A DNA stretch of 64,000 bases from Candidatus Moraniibacteriota bacterium (GCA_049290235.1 JBATNG010000011.1:220-64219), one strand, 5' to 3'; shown: positions 45,276 to 55,534, counted from the stretch's first letter. The notes: generated by a model not told the origin, from the sequence alone. Numbers and translations: made by a program.

Positions 45276-46637
45276 ATGTCGGTAATCAATTGGCAACAAT
45301 TCGGTCTTCGGGGAAATCCCTACGACACCACCGCTCTTACGGAAGGAGGCATTCTTGCCCTCAAGGATGCTTTTGTCGGGCGGACAGAAGAGCGTGAATT
45401 TATCGATGGATTACTCAGATCCCAAGATCGTTTTGCGCTGGCTCTTTGTGGCGATACGGGTGTCGGGAAAACGAGTCTAGCCAACTATGAGAAATACCTT
45501 TGGAAAAACGAGATGCCAAAAGCCTTGTTCTCCTTCCGGCGTGAGATTGAGGCGAGTGAGGATCTGCTGAATAAGTCAAGATTCCTTCTTGAAATCATCG
45601 CTTCCATCATTCGTGAAATTCGATTGATTGACCCTGAGCTTCTCAAGGACCAGGTTCTCGCCCGACTCAACAGAGTCATCGATGTGACGGAAACTATCGC
45701 ACTTTCGGCTAATGTTTCTGTGGACGTGATGGGATACGGTGGTGGAATAGGTGGGAGCAAGGAAACGACCGTCTCACAGCCGCTCAATCTGCCCGCAGCC
45801 ACTATCGAGCGGTATTTCACGGACATACTTTCTTTCATAAAAACCCATAAGATCAGCGGTAAGCAGTATGAAGGGCTTATCGTGCATACGAATAACTTTG
45901 ATGTGCTGATGAAGAAAGAGAGTGTCCAAGTGTCACGTTTTTTTGATGACATCCGGGATATGTTGCAGACGAGAGGCGTCTATTTCCTGTTTCTCGGTCC
46001 AAAGAACTTCTATCGCGATATGATTGACACGAACCGACGTGTAAAAAGCATATTTTCACCGACCCCGCTCACCGTTCGTCCGCTTGATAAGAAAGAAGTG
46101 CTCTTGGCCTTCGAGGAGCGGATGCGGCTTCTTATCTCTGAAGGGGTGAGTGATTTCATTCGGCCGGTGGATGATGAGACGGTCTTCAAGATCTATGATC
46201 TCTATGACGGCGATATCCGATCGATCATGACCGCAATTTCCGATCTTTTGGGCCAGTATTCCGAACGGGTGGGAAAACAGCTTTCGGCAGATGAGGCAGC
46301 GTTGCTTTTGAGTGAAGAACGCTGGAAACGTATCGAACGTATGGGTATCAAAGGCGAGCAGCGGGAAGTGCTGTACGCAATTCTGAGACAGACCAGCCCT
46401 TTCACCAAAACCGATATTGCCAAACAACTCGGTAAACAGATGTCGAGTATGTCACAATACTACTTTCCGCCTCTCGAAGAGAATGGTGTCATCATAGAGA
46501 AAGAGCGGAAAGGGAACGCCGTCTATTTCGAGTGCTCCGTCGATTACGAACCGCTCAAGTGGATTCTCGAGATGAAACCACGAGCTGAGACGCGTGCAGA
46601 AAACGTTAGAAGCAATCAAGCATCCCTGTTTGAGTAA
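45276..46637 (+). CDS. AAA_16/ORC-Cdc6-like P-loop NTPase with C-terminal winged HTH
   Basis: FVGRTEEREFIDGLL ... ALCGDTGVGKTSLA (Walker A), hhhhD Walker-B-like LIVHTNNFD; C-terminal wHTH EVLYAILRQTSPFTKTDIAKQLGKQ; AT-rich, preceded by very AT-rich upstream region. Confidence 0.55.
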   Translation: MSVINWQQFGLRGNPYDTTALTEGGILALKDAFVGRTEEREFIDGLLRSQDRFALALCGDTGVGKTSLANYEKYLWKNEMPKALFSFRREIEASEDLLNKSRFLLEIIASIIREIRLIDPELLKDQVLARLNRVIDVTETIALSANVSVDVMGYGGGIGGSKETTVSQPLNLPAATIERYFTDILSFIKTHKISGKQYEGLIVHTNNFDVLMKKESVQVSRFFDDIRDMLQTRGVYFLFLGPKNFYRDMIDTNRRVKSIFSPTPLTVRPLDKKEVLLAFEERMRLLISEGVSDFIRPVDDETVFKIYDLYDGDIRSIMTAISDLLGQYSERVGKQLSADEAALLLSEERWKRIERMGIKGEQREVLYAILRQTSPFTKTDIAKQLGKQMSSMSQYYFPPLEENGVIIEKERKGNAVYFECSVDYEPLKWILEMKPRAETRAENVRSNQASLFE

Positions 46638-46746
46638 TGAATAACTGCAGGAACATCATTTTGCTGACGGTCCTCTGGCTGATAAAATAAAGAAGAATCC
46701 GCAACTAAGGGACCCTCCTCACTTCTCTATCCAGTTGTTTTCCGCC

Positions 46747-46965
46747 CTAGCCTTTTGGCGGGAAGGGATCGTTGCCGAACGTATTACGTTCGCGAATCCG
46801 TCCATCACGGCCGTGGATGAACACCTCGAGATCCTTCTCGCGGGCTATCCCGCTGGCACGCTCGATGGCGTTTTCCTGGGTGTGATGTTGGGAGAGTAGT
46901 TGTGAGGATTTTTCTTCCTTCACCACCCACGACTTCTGGGACTTCACTACGTGCAGATTCGTCAT
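46747..46965 (-). CDS. DUF2188-family small protein
   Basis: MTNLHVVKSQKSWVVKEEKSS ... GRDGRIRERNTFGNDPFPPKG matches the DUF2188 pattern; start trimmed from track ORF. Confidence 0.5.
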   Translation of the reverse strand: MTNLHVVKSQKSWVVKEEKSSQLLSQHHTQENAIERASGIAREKDLEVFIHGRDGRIRERNTFGNDPFPPKG

Positions 46966-47130
46966 GCTCGCTTGTTTGCAGTTAGTTAACGCCATACGAC
47001 CCACTGGCATTGACAGAATAGGGCATGCAGAATACAATGTCAAATCTCCCACGTTGTTTCCTTTTTACTTCCAAAAGTAGTGGAAACATCATGGCAAGTA
47101 TGGTAGTATTAAAGAACTGATAAAAGCCCT

Positions 47131-47847
47131 ATGGCTCTGAAAGTAGACGTACGGAAAATGCGCGAAGAATACGGGATGTCCCAAGGGGATCTCGCTCTCC
47201 GGCTGGGTTTGTCGCGCCCGACCCTGACGAAGATCGAGCGGGGCGAAAGGGCACTGACGAGGCCGGAGGAGGCGAAAATCTGTGAGATTTTTGGTTTGGT
47301 TGGAGAGCATAGTCCGGTGACGGATGATGTTCGTATCAGCATGCCCGAGAAGAATGTTAAGAAGTTCAAGCAGGTGCTCCTTTATGTGCTTGAGAAGACA
47401 GCAGGGAAGCCCAATGTCGGGATGACCGTACTTTATAAACTTCTCTACTTCATCGACTTCGACTATTACGAGAAGTATGAGAAGCAACTCATGGGCTTGA
47501 CGTACATCAAGAACACTCACGGTCCGACGCCGCGAGAGTTTGTGAAAGTCATGGAGGAAATGAAGGAAGTTGGCGAACTGGAAGAGGTAAAGAGTAAATA
47601 CTTTACCTACGACCAGCGAAAATTCCTCCCACATCGTCGAGCGGACTTGAGTCTGCTCTCGGCCCAAGAATTGAAGATGATTGACTCGGTGATTGGACGG
47701 TACGCTGATAAAAGCGCCACCGAACTCTCGAATTTATCACATGAGGATACGCCATGGGCGGTGGCTGAAAACGGTGAGAATATCGAATACGACCATGTGT
47801 TTTACCGGCCAGAGAAGACATCGGTGAGGGAGTACGGCCCGCTGTAA
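47131..47847 (+). CDS. XRE-family HTH fused to Panacea (DUF4065, SocA/PanA-like) antitoxin domain
   Basis: HTH MSQGDLALRLGLSRPTLTKIERGER; Panacea core KLLYFIDFDYYEKYEKQLMGLTYIKNTHGPTPREF. Confidence 0.7.
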   Translation: MALKVDVRKMREEYGMSQGDLALRLGLSRPTLTKIERGERALTRPEEAKICEIFGLVGEHSPVTDDVRISMPEKNVKKFKQVLLYVLEKTAGKPNVGMTVLYKLLYFIDFDYYEKYEKQLMGLTYIKNTHGPTPREFVKVMEEMKEVGELEEVKSKYFTYDQRKFLPHRRADLSLLSAQELKMIDSVIGRYADKSATELSNLSHEDTPWAVAENGENIEYDHVFYRPEKTSVREYGPL

Positions 47848-47867
47848 TCCTCGACTCCTTATCCGGT

Positions 47868-48224
47868 ATGCAGTTCCGACAACTCCCTGCTTTTGCTAGA
47901 CAACTGAAACGCCTGAAAAAGAAGTACCGCTCGCTCGATACTGACATTGAAAAGTTGGAGAAGGTATTGCGAGTGAAGCCGGCCGGCGCAGGAGAAAAGC
48001 ATTGGAATTGTCTGTATGCCTCTCCCGATGGGGAGGTAGAAATCTACAAAGTCAGACTCTCATGTTCTGCGATGAGAGGAGAGACTCGATTTCGCGTCAT
48101 TTACGCTCATAACCAGAAAGATCAATCGGTCATGTTTGTTGATTTCATCGAGATCTACTTTAAGGGAGATCAGGAGAGCGAAGATCAAGGTTTGATTGCA
48201 GAGTATATCCGAGAAATAGAATAA
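47868..48224 (+). CDS. RelE/ParE-superfamily toxin (HigB-like)
   Basis: FARQLKRLKKKYRSLDTDIEKL ... YKVRL ... GETRFRVIYAHNQKDQSVMFVDFIEIYFKGDQ fits the RelE fold consensus; 20 nt after antitoxin gene. Confidence 0.6.
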   Translation: MQFRQLPAFARQLKRLKKKYRSLDTDIEKLEKVLRVKPAGAGEKHWNCLYASPDGEVEIYKVRLSCSAMRGETRFRVIYAHNQKDQSVMFVDFIEIYFKGDQESEDQGLIAEYIREIE

Positions 48225-48396
48225 GTATGGCGACGAAACACAAAACCTTGGTCCTCCTTGATGGCAACCCCGCCGTATTTCTGCAGATTATCTGGTGGAT
48301 TGTTAACGTTATTAGCTTGGATATGGCTTCGCCTCTATTGCAACTAACCAACGGCCTTCCTATGAAATACAGCTGGGCAAGTGCGCCCTCTATCAA

Positions 48397-51042
48397 TTGA
48401 TTATGACGAGTCAAAGAAAGCTATTAGTACTTCTGGACGGTAATGCCTTGGTACATCGGTCGTATCATGCGTTGCCGCCGATGGCGACGAAGGCGGGGCA
48501 GTCAGTGCATGCGGTGTATGGTTTCGCACTGACGCTGTTTTCGGTCATCGAGAAATTCAAGCCGGACTACATCGCGGCGTCATTCGATCTGCCCGGTGGG
48601 ACATTTCGCGATGAGCTGTATGCGGACTACAAGGCGACCCGGGTGAAAGCGCCCGATGATTTGTATGCGCAGATCCCGATCGTGAAGGAATTGGTCCAGG
48701 CGATGAATATCCCGATTTACGAGCTGCCGGGATTTGAGGCGGATGACTGTGTCGGGACACTGTCAAAACAGGGGGAAGCGGCGGGCGTCGAGACGATCAT
48801 CGTGACGGGGGACACGGATACGCTGCAGCTCGTGACGGATCGGGTGAAAGTGTACACGCTTAGGAAGGGACTGAAAGACATGGTGCTCTATGGTATTCCG
48901 GAAGTAACGGAGAAGTATGGTTTCCCACCTGAGCGACTCGTCGATTACAAGGGCCTGCGCGGTGATGCATCGGACAATATCCCCGGCGTGAAGGGTATCG
49001 GCGAAAAGGGTGCGACCGACTTGATCCAGGAATTCGGTTCGCTCGAAGACATCTATGCGGCGCTGGAGAAAGTGAAGCCGAAGGTGCGGGAGAAGTTGGA
49101 AGCTGATCGCGACATGGCGCTGTTGTCGAAGCGGCTGGGGACAATCGATACGGCGGCGCCGGTTACGCTCGCGCTCGATGATTGCGTCACACACCAGTTC
49201 GACCATGGCAAGATCGAGGCCTTCCTCCGTTCGCTCGATTTCTATAGTCTCATCAAGAGGATACCTACCGACAATGGACAACGAACGACCGACAACACGA
49301 AAAGCGGAGCAAAGAGCGAGAAGAAATTGAAAGCGAAGAAGATAAAGAATGCCGAAGATTTGGAAGCGTGGCTCGTGAAGGTACGAGGGGAGGCGATCGC
49401 AGTGGTATTGGACGAGCAGGAAGTGTCGCTCTTTGGGAGTGCGGGGATCGAATCGGTTGGGCTGGCCACAGCTGATCGAGTTATAGAGGTCGTCTGGAAC
49501 GAGGCGACCGAGCCCGCGCTCAGAGAGTTCCTGGCGGATGCGGAGCGGGCAAAGATCGCAGTCGACAGCAAAGCCATGATGCATACCCTCGCGACGGTCG
49601 GAGGCCATCTCGCCGGCGTGACCGAAGACATCATGCTCTCGGCGTACCTACTCCATGCGGGCCACCGGTCCGATATCGAGTCGCTCATGGCTGAGCAGGG
49701 TGGACCGGCCTGGACAGGGCTTTCCCTCTCCGAAAAAGCGAAGGCGATCCGTAGTCTCGCGCTCAATCTTCGGAAAAATCTTGAGGCCTTGGCGGCTGAA
49801 CAGGGGGGCAAACATACTGTGGTAACTCTGCTCCGGGATATCGAGCTTCCACTCGTGCCCGTGCTCTTTGCGATGGAGGAAGCGGGTGTCTTGCTTGATC
49901 CGGCAGTTTTCAAAAAATTATCGCGAGAGATTGACGCTTCGGTGAAATCACTCGAAGCAGAAGTCTACAAGTTCGCGGGCAAGGAATTCAATCTGAACTC
50001 ACCGAAGCAACTCGCCGACGTGCTCTTTGTCGATCTCGCGATTCCGACCGAAGGAGTAAAGAAAAATAAGACCGGTTACTCGACGGCCTCACCAGAGCTC
50101 GAGAAGCTGCGCGCTGAATATCCGATCGTGAAGCTCATCGAGGAATACCGCGAGACTTTCAAGTTGAAGACGACGTATGTCGATGTCTTGCCGGGATTGG
50201 TGAAGTCCGACGGTCGTCTCCACACGACGTATCGTCAGGATGTGGCGGCGACGGGTCGGCTGTCGTCGGTCGATCCGAATCTCCAGAACATCCCGATCCG
50301 GACGGCGCTCGGTGCACGCATCCGGGATGGTTTCATCGCGGCTCCCGGGAAGCGACTCGTCGGGGCTGATTATTCGCAGATCGAGCTCCGGATCGCGGCG
50401 CATCTGTCGGGGGATGAAAATATGACGAAGGCCTTCCGTGAAGGCGAGGACATCCACCGGGCGACGGCCGCGCTGGTGCATGGATTGAAGCCGAGTGACG
50501 TGAGCGACAGTCTCCGACGTGAGGCGAAGGCGCTCAACTTCGGCATCATCTATGGTATGGGAGCGTTTGGTTTGGCGCAGGCGACCGATATGGATCAGAA
50601 AAAAGCCGCCCAGTTCATAAAAGACTATCTGGCGAAGTTTTCCGGTGTCGCAAAGTACATGGAGGACATGAAAAAATTCGCGCATGAGAAAGGTTATGTC
50701 GAGACTGCGCTCGGTCGTCGCCGTACGCTCCCGGAAATCCAATCGACCAATCAGGCACTCGTCCGCGGTGCAGAGCGCATGGCCATCAATATGCCGATCC
50801 AGGGCTTGGCAGCGGATATCATGAAACTCGCAATGCTCGCGACTCACGATCTGGTCCAGGTGAAGTACGCAGATTCGGCCCGGCTCCTCCTTCAGATTCA
50901 TGACGAACTGATCGCGGAAGTCGATGAACAGGAAGCAGCGGCCTTTGCGGCTGATCTAAAGATCGCGATGGAGGGCGTGTACCAGCTTTCCGTACCGCTG
51001 GCCGTTTCAGTCGAAATCGGAAATAATTGGGGAGAAATATAA
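48397..51042 (+). CDS. polA: DNA polymerase I
   Basis: 5' nuclease N-terminus (LLVLLDGNALVHRSYHAL), polymerase motifs A (DYSQIELR), B (RREAKALNFGIIYG), C (LQIHDELI). Confidence 0.95.
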   Translation: MIMTSQRKLLVLLDGNALVHRSYHALPPMATKAGQSVHAVYGFALTLFSVIEKFKPDYIAASFDLPGGTFRDELYADYKATRVKAPDDLYAQIPIVKELVQAMNIPIYELPGFEADDCVGTLSKQGEAAGVETIIVTGDTDTLQLVTDRVKVYTLRKGLKDMVLYGIPEVTEKYGFPPERLVDYKGLRGDASDNIPGVKGIGEKGATDLIQEFGSLEDIYAALEKVKPKVREKLEADRDMALLSKRLGTIDTAAPVTLALDDCVTHQFDHGKIEAFLRSLDFYSLIKRIPTDNGQRTTDNTKSGAKSEKKLKAKKIKNAEDLEAWLVKVRGEAIAVVLDEQEVSLFGSAGIESVGLATADRVIEVVWNEATEPALREFLADAERAKIAVDSKAMMHTLATVGGHLAGVTEDIMLSAYLLHAGHRSDIESLMAEQGGPAWTGLSLSEKAKAIRSLALNLRKNLEALAAEQGGKHTVVTLLRDIELPLVPVLFAMEEAGVLLDPAVFKKLSREIDASVKSLEAEVYKFAGKEFNLNSPKQLADVLFVDLAIPTEGVKKNKTGYSTASPELEKLRAEYPIVKLIEEYRETFKLKTTYVDVLPGLVKSDGRLHTTYRQDVAATGRLSSVDPNLQNIPIRTALGARIRDGFIAAPGKRLVGADYSQIELRIAAHLSGDENMTKAFREGEDIHRATAALVHGLKPSDVSDSLRREAKALNFGIIYGMGAFGLAQATDMDQKKAAQFIKDYLAKFSGVAKYMEDMKKFAHEKGYVETALGRRRTLPEIQSTNQALVRGAERMAINMPIQGLAADIMKLAMLATHDLVQVKYADSARLLLQIHDELIAEVDEQEAAAFAADLKIAMEGVYQLSVPLAVSVEIGNNWGEI

Positions 51043-51048
51043 AAAAAA

Positions 51049-51074
51049 GCCGTCAACTCAAGTAAGGTGACGGT
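51049..51074. terminator. bidirectional rho-independent terminator between polA and convergent small ORF
   Basis: A-run + hairpin ccgtca-actcaagtaagg-tgacgg + T-rich on both strands. Confidence 0.5.
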
Positions 51075-51101
51075 TCAGCATTGTGGAGAGGGGCCGATAG
51101 G

Positions 51102-51302
51102 TCATTTTTTTATGCCCAGGTAATATGTTCGTCCATCGGCACTGACCGTGGTGTGGTAGATAGTGTATAGCAGACGAGCGTCCGCGGTGATTTGGAAGCT
51201 ATCCGGTTTGTGGGGATTCAGTGGTAGTATCGTCGAATCCCCGTTCTGCAGTTGCTCGATGCCCGTTTGCAACCTCTGCTGCGCTTTCGTTGTCAGCTGC
51301 AT
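51102..51302 (-). CDS. small hypothetical protein (66 aa)
   Basis: track ORF convergent with polA; weak. Confidence 0.3.
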   Translation of the reverse strand: MQLTTKAQQRLQTGIEQLQNGDSTILPLNPHKPDSFQITADARLLYTIYHTTVSADGRTYYLGIKK

Positions 51303-51350
51303 GTCCCCCTCTCCTATATTTGTAATGTGCGAACGACCACAGTAGCAGGA

Positions 51351-52292
51351 TCACTGTTGTCTGTCAAGAGCCACACTGGATTCGGTGGGGCGTAATGCAC
51401 GGCTGAGTTCCTCTTTCAGGTACTTCTTTAGCGGAGCGATCGTTTGACCAGACAGAATGGCTTCATCGACATCCGCTAGGGTATTTTCTTGGTCTGATAG
51501 ATCGGCCTTGGCGCCCGTAGAAGTTGTTGAGAGGTCAATCCCGGTACCAAAGTCAATAACAAATCCTTCGTTGGTTTCCAGGTTTACCATGATGTTGCCC
51601 CAATGGAGATCACGGTGGAAGATGCGGCGTTCATGCATGGCATTGAGGTATTGTCGAATCCGGGAAAAGAATTCTTGGAAGTCGAACGTCTCGGGGACGG
51701 GGAGTTGTTGTTCGACGATATCTTTGATGCTTACTGCATTCAGGCGCTCCATAACGATTCCGTGAAGCGAATCTGTTTTGATGAAAGCGAGTGGTTCGGG
51801 GGTGCGGATATTCGCGGCTTGCAGGTCAGATAACTCATCGAGTAGGTGTGTCTCCTTTCGGACATCATTTCCACTCGTATAGACAGAGCCAAAGTTTCTC
51901 ACGATTTTCATACAGTGTTCGGGGTCGTCGAGGAGCGACTGGACGCTGGCAACATTACCAGAGCCGATAAGGTTCTTTGAAGGATCTTTCTGAAGTTCAC
52001 GAATATAGCGGATGGCATTGCGCAATCCCTCGCGCTCAGCATCACTGGCGTCATGACTCAGACTGAAAAGGCTGAAGAGGGCAGCAAACCGTCGTTCCAC
52101 AAACACTTCGAGTTGCGCATAGGCTTCATCGGGAGTAACCTCCTCATTCTCGACACCCTCCATGATTCGCTTCCGCCACTGTTTTCGTAAATCGAGATTA
52201 TCAACCTCGAGAAGCAGCAGACGGATTTTTTCTTCCATAGGAGGCTCGGCTTCAGTATCTCGGCGCTGAGCCGCTGGTACATCAAAATTCAT
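51351..52292 (-). CDS. protein-kinase-like fold protein (Kdo/WaaP/RIO-like)
   Basis: catalytic-loop HRDLHWGNIMV and DFG-like VIDFGTG; glycine-rich LIGSGNVASV loop. Confidence 0.55.
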   Translation of the reverse strand: MNFDVPAAQRRDTEAEPPMEEKIRLLLLEVDNLDLRKQWRKRIMEGVENEEVTPDEAYAQLEVFVERRFAALFSLFSLSHDASDAEREGLRNAIRYIRELQKDPSKNLIGSGNVASVQSLLDDPEHCMKIVRNFGSVYTSGNDVRKETHLLDELSDLQAANIRTPEPLAFIKTDSLHGIVMERLNAVSIKDIVEQQLPVPETFDFQEFFSRIRQYLNAMHERRIFHRDLHWGNIMVNLETNEGFVIDFGTGIDLSTTSTGAKADLSDQENTLADVDEAILSGQTIAPLKKYLKEELSRALRPTESSVALDRQQ

Positions 52293-52347
52293 AGTGGTAT
52301 AAGACGGTACGATATACTTCAGTATAGCAAGAATTAGGTTGGTATAT

Positions 52348-53196
52348 ATGCCAGAATTACCTGAAGTCCAAACAGTGGTGAGTCAACTCGGGAGGAAAAT
52401 TACCGGCAAGCGGATTGCCGGTTTTTGGTCGGATTGGGAGAAGCAGGTGAAGCCGGGATTGAAGAAATTGGCGAAACTCGCGATCGGCGGGACGGTCACT
52501 GGCACGCGGCGGATCGGCAAGCATATCGTCATCGACCTCGACAATGCAGTGTCACTCGTCATCCATCTGAAGATGTCGGGCCACCTCCTCTACAAAGACG
52601 CAACGAATGCGGGAGCGAAAGAGTGGGCTGATCTGATGAATCGCTTTATCCATCACCGGATCGATTTCACGGACGGTTCGTGGGTGGACTTTTCTGATCT
52701 GCGGAAATTCGGTTGGATCGATTGTGTCGCGACCACGCATGTTGAAGCAATGAAGTCGATCTCTACCCTCGGCTGCGATGCGCTTGCCGGCAAGTGTGAC
52801 CTCGATTTCTTTGCGGCCCTTTTGAAACGCAGCCGTCGGAAACGGATCGCGACGCTCCTTCTCGAGCAGGACAAGATCGCCGGCATCGGCAATATCTATC
52901 GGAGCGAAATGCTCTATCGCGCTGGCATCCGACCACTTCGGCTCATCGGGAAGATAACCAAAGCCGAGCGTACCAGGCTCTTTGCGGCGATGAAGGCGGT
53001 GCTCCGGGAAGCGGTGCGACTGCGCGGGACGACAGATGGGGATTTCCGCGATACGGCTGGGAAACCGGGTGGATTCCAACGCACCCTGTATGCCTATGGG
53101 CGAGAGGGGCTGCCCTGCAAGCGCTGTGATACAATTATCATGCGTAAAAAACTGGGGCAGCGGAGTGTTTTCTATTGCCCCACGTGCCAAAAATAA
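52348..53196 (+). CDS. mutM: formamidopyrimidine-DNA glycosylase
   Basis: MPELPEVQTV catalytic N-terminus (Pro2, Glu3), H2TH, C-terminal zinc finger CKRCDTIIMRKKLGQRSVFYCPTCQ; start moved to MPELPEV. Confidence 0.9.
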   Translation: MPELPEVQTVVSQLGRKITGKRIAGFWSDWEKQVKPGLKKLAKLAIGGTVTGTRRIGKHIVIDLDNAVSLVIHLKMSGHLLYKDATNAGAKEWADLMNRFIHHRIDFTDGSWVDFSDLRKFGWIDCVATTHVEAMKSISTLGCDALAGKCDLDFFAALLKRSRRKRIATLLLEQDKIAGIGNIYRSEMLYRAGIRPLRLIGKITKAERTRLFAAMKAVLREAVRLRGTTDGDFRDTAGKPGGFQRTLYAYGREGLPCKRCDTIIMRKKLGQRSVFYCPTCQK

Positions 53197-53204
53197 CTGT
53201 GTAA

Positions 53205-54329
53205 ATGCTCCAATTTATGGAAACCCGGCAAAAGGTGATCATTGCCATCATCGTGCTCCTTATCGGGGGCATCATCTATGTGTATTTCTTTGGGGCGGCG
53301 ACGAAGCAGGCCGACAAGCAGATCGATATCAACAATACCCCGAAAGTTGGCATTGTCGATGACAAGCCGAAGAATCCTGAAAACGTGAGCGCGATCGCTG
53401 GTCTGCCCTGTGCCGACTGGAAGCGCCGACCGGTCGCCGTCATGCAGCCGGCCGATATCACGGCACGCCCGGCGGCGGGATTCTCGGATGCTGATATGAT
53501 CATCGAGATGCCGGTGATCACCGCGACGATCAATCGGCTCATGGCGGTCTACCAATGCGCTCAGCCGACGGAGGCAGGCGCAGTCCGTTCTTCGCGACAT
53601 GATTTCCTCCCGATCGCCAAGAGTCTTGGCGCCATCTATGTCCACTGGGGTGGGTCGCATTTCGCGCTCGACAAGATCAAAGAAGGTATTCTCGACAATA
53701 TCGACTGCACCGGTGCAGCGGGAAACGGCGCCGGGGAGGATGTCTGTTACCGGGCACCACGTGTCGGAGCGATGAAGGTCGAAGACACGAGTCGGGTCAA
53801 TGTGCAGAAGGCGTTTGAGCGTTCCAAGGCGCTTGGCTATGGACTGGAGAATACATTCTCAGGCTATCCGCATCAGGACGAAGCAGCGATCGATGCACGG
53901 CCGGCAAATAGCCATATCCGGATCGGGTATCCGGGTGTCGGCGAGGTCGAGTATTACTACGACAAGGACACGAATACCTGGAAGCGCCTGTGGGGCAATG
54001 TCGCTGATGTCGATCGAAACAATAGCACGCGTATCGCCCCGAAAAATGTCGCAGTTATTTACTCGCGTTCGGAGCAGATCGAGGGACAGTACAACAACAT
54101 GCAGCTCGGCGACCCGTGGTATGACCAGACGGATTCGGGCGAGGCGTCCTACTACATGAACGGCAAAGAGACCAAGGGATCGTGGAAAAAAGACAAGGGC
54201 AGTCTCGGCAGCAAACTCGCGTTCTTTGATCTGTCGGGCAATGAGATCAAATTTGTCCCCGGCCAGATCTGGGTGAATGTCGTCGAGCCTGGCACAGCCT
54301 TTGTCTGGGAACCTGGCAGTGAGTCATAA
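53205..54329 (+). CDS. membrane-anchored DUF3048-like protein
   Basis: N-terminal TM helix, extracytoplasmic domain; weak DUF3048-like pattern. Confidence 0.35.
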   Translation: MLQFMETRQKVIIAIIVLLIGGIIYVYFFGAATKQADKQIDINNTPKVGIVDDKPKNPENVSAIAGLPCADWKRRPVAVMQPADITARPAAGFSDADMIIEMPVITATINRLMAVYQCAQPTEAGAVRSSRHDFLPIAKSLGAIYVHWGGSHFALDKIKEGILDNIDCTGAAGNGAGEDVCYRAPRVGAMKVEDTSRVNVQKAFERSKALGYGLENTFSGYPHQDEAAIDARPANSHIRIGYPGVGEVEYYYDKDTNTWKRLWGNVADVDRNNSTRIAPKNVAVIYSRSEQIEGQYNNMQLGDPWYDQTDSGEASYYMNGKETKGSWKKDKGSLGSKLAFFDLSGNEIKFVPGQIWVNVVEPGTAFVWEPGSES

Positions 54330-54482
54330 AGCAGAAAGCATAAAATAGGGAACAGACGGGCTTATGCCCGTCTTTCTGTTAGAGTCTGTCCAAAAGTGCG
54401 TATTCTGCTGCAATTCAAAAATTTTACAACGAAAGAGACTTCCCGAACAAACGGTAAGATAAGTGGTGGAGTATAATGATGG

Positions 54483-55472
54483 GTGTTCCATGTTTTTCGT
54501 GATGCATGCTCTATGATTTCTTTTCTCACCGGTACCGATCACTTCCGTCTCCGGCTCCGCGAACAGGCTCTAGCCGCGGATTTTTGTTTTGCGCATGCGG
54601 GGGCAGAGCAGCAGGTCTTTGATGGACGTGATACGAACGAGCGACTCATCCCAGACCTCCGAGAGACGCTTTCAGGCGGACTCTTCGCCACCCCGCGAGT
54701 CGTGCTGATTCGGCACATCGAGCTCTTTGATGAGAAGCTCTGCGCCGCCATTATCAAGCTTTTTTCAGGGATACTGTCAGGAGACGGCTTGATAGTCGTC
54801 AGTGCCGAGCCAGTCGGTCGCGCCAAGAAAGGCAATGAGCTCCAAGTTTGGCTGGCGAAACAGGCGGTGGTCGAGGAAGTGAATATCCTCTCGGGTCGGG
54901 CCTTGACACAATCGATTAGCGATATCCTCCAGGGTATCGATCCCCAGGCGACGATCGAACCGCGGGCTGTCGAGTCTCTCGCGTTACGGACGGGGGGAGT
55001 GACTGGCTACATCTACCACGACCTGCTCAAGCTGGTACTCGCCGCAGAGGGGAAAGCAATCACGGAAACGGATGTGAAGAATCTGGTCGAAGAACCGGCA
55101 GGCGAGAGTGTTTCCTTCGTCCTCCTCGAGCAAATCGTCCGGGGGCAACGTGAACGGGCCGTATCGCTCCTGCGGCGAGAGGAGACGAATGATGATGCCG
55201 TGTTCAAACTCCTGGGGCTCTTTGCTTGGCAAGTCCGCCAGGCGCTGATGGTCCGGGATGAGTATGAACGGGGAGTGTCGTCACCCGACGCAATCGCTGC
55301 GACGATCGGTGCGAAGCCTTTTTCTGTCCGCAAGCTCATGCCACTCATCAATCAGCTCCCACTCGACCGACTGAAGCGCGCTCTCGCGTACCTCGCCGAC
55401 CTCGACCAGGGAATCAAGACCGGCCAAATCCGCCCCGGTGTCGCCCTCGATCTCTTCGTCTGGAAATTCTAA
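54483..55472 (+). CDS. holA: DNA polymerase III delta subunit (HolA-like); probable start at MISFLTG (54513)
   Basis: size, LTGTD N-terminus, clamp-loader delta-like helical C-terminus; divergent. Confidence 0.5.
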   Translation: MFHVFRDACSMISFLTGTDHFRLRLREQALAADFCFAHAGAEQQVFDGRDTNERLIPDLRETLSGGLFATPRVVLIRHIELFDEKLCAAIIKLFSGILSGDGLIVVSAEPVGRAKKGNELQVWLAKQAVVEEVNILSGRALTQSISDILQGIDPQATIEPRAVESLALRTGGVTGYIYHDLLKLVLAAEGKAITETDVKNLVEEPAGESVSFVLLEQIVRGQRERAVSLLRREETNDDAVFKLLGLFAWQVRQALMVRDEYERGVSSPDAIAATIGAKPFSVRKLMPLINQLPLDRLKRALAYLADLDQGIKTGQIRPGVALDLFVWKF

Positions 55473-55534
55473 CCAGAAACCTGTAAACGAAAAAACTCCC
55501 GATGAGGGAGCTTTTCTTTCTCTGTAATCGGACC

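Noticed and set aside
48763-50901. 281-aa and 270-aa ORFs antisense to polA
   Set aside because: Inside polA, whose polymerase motifs A/B/C read cleanly on the plus strand.
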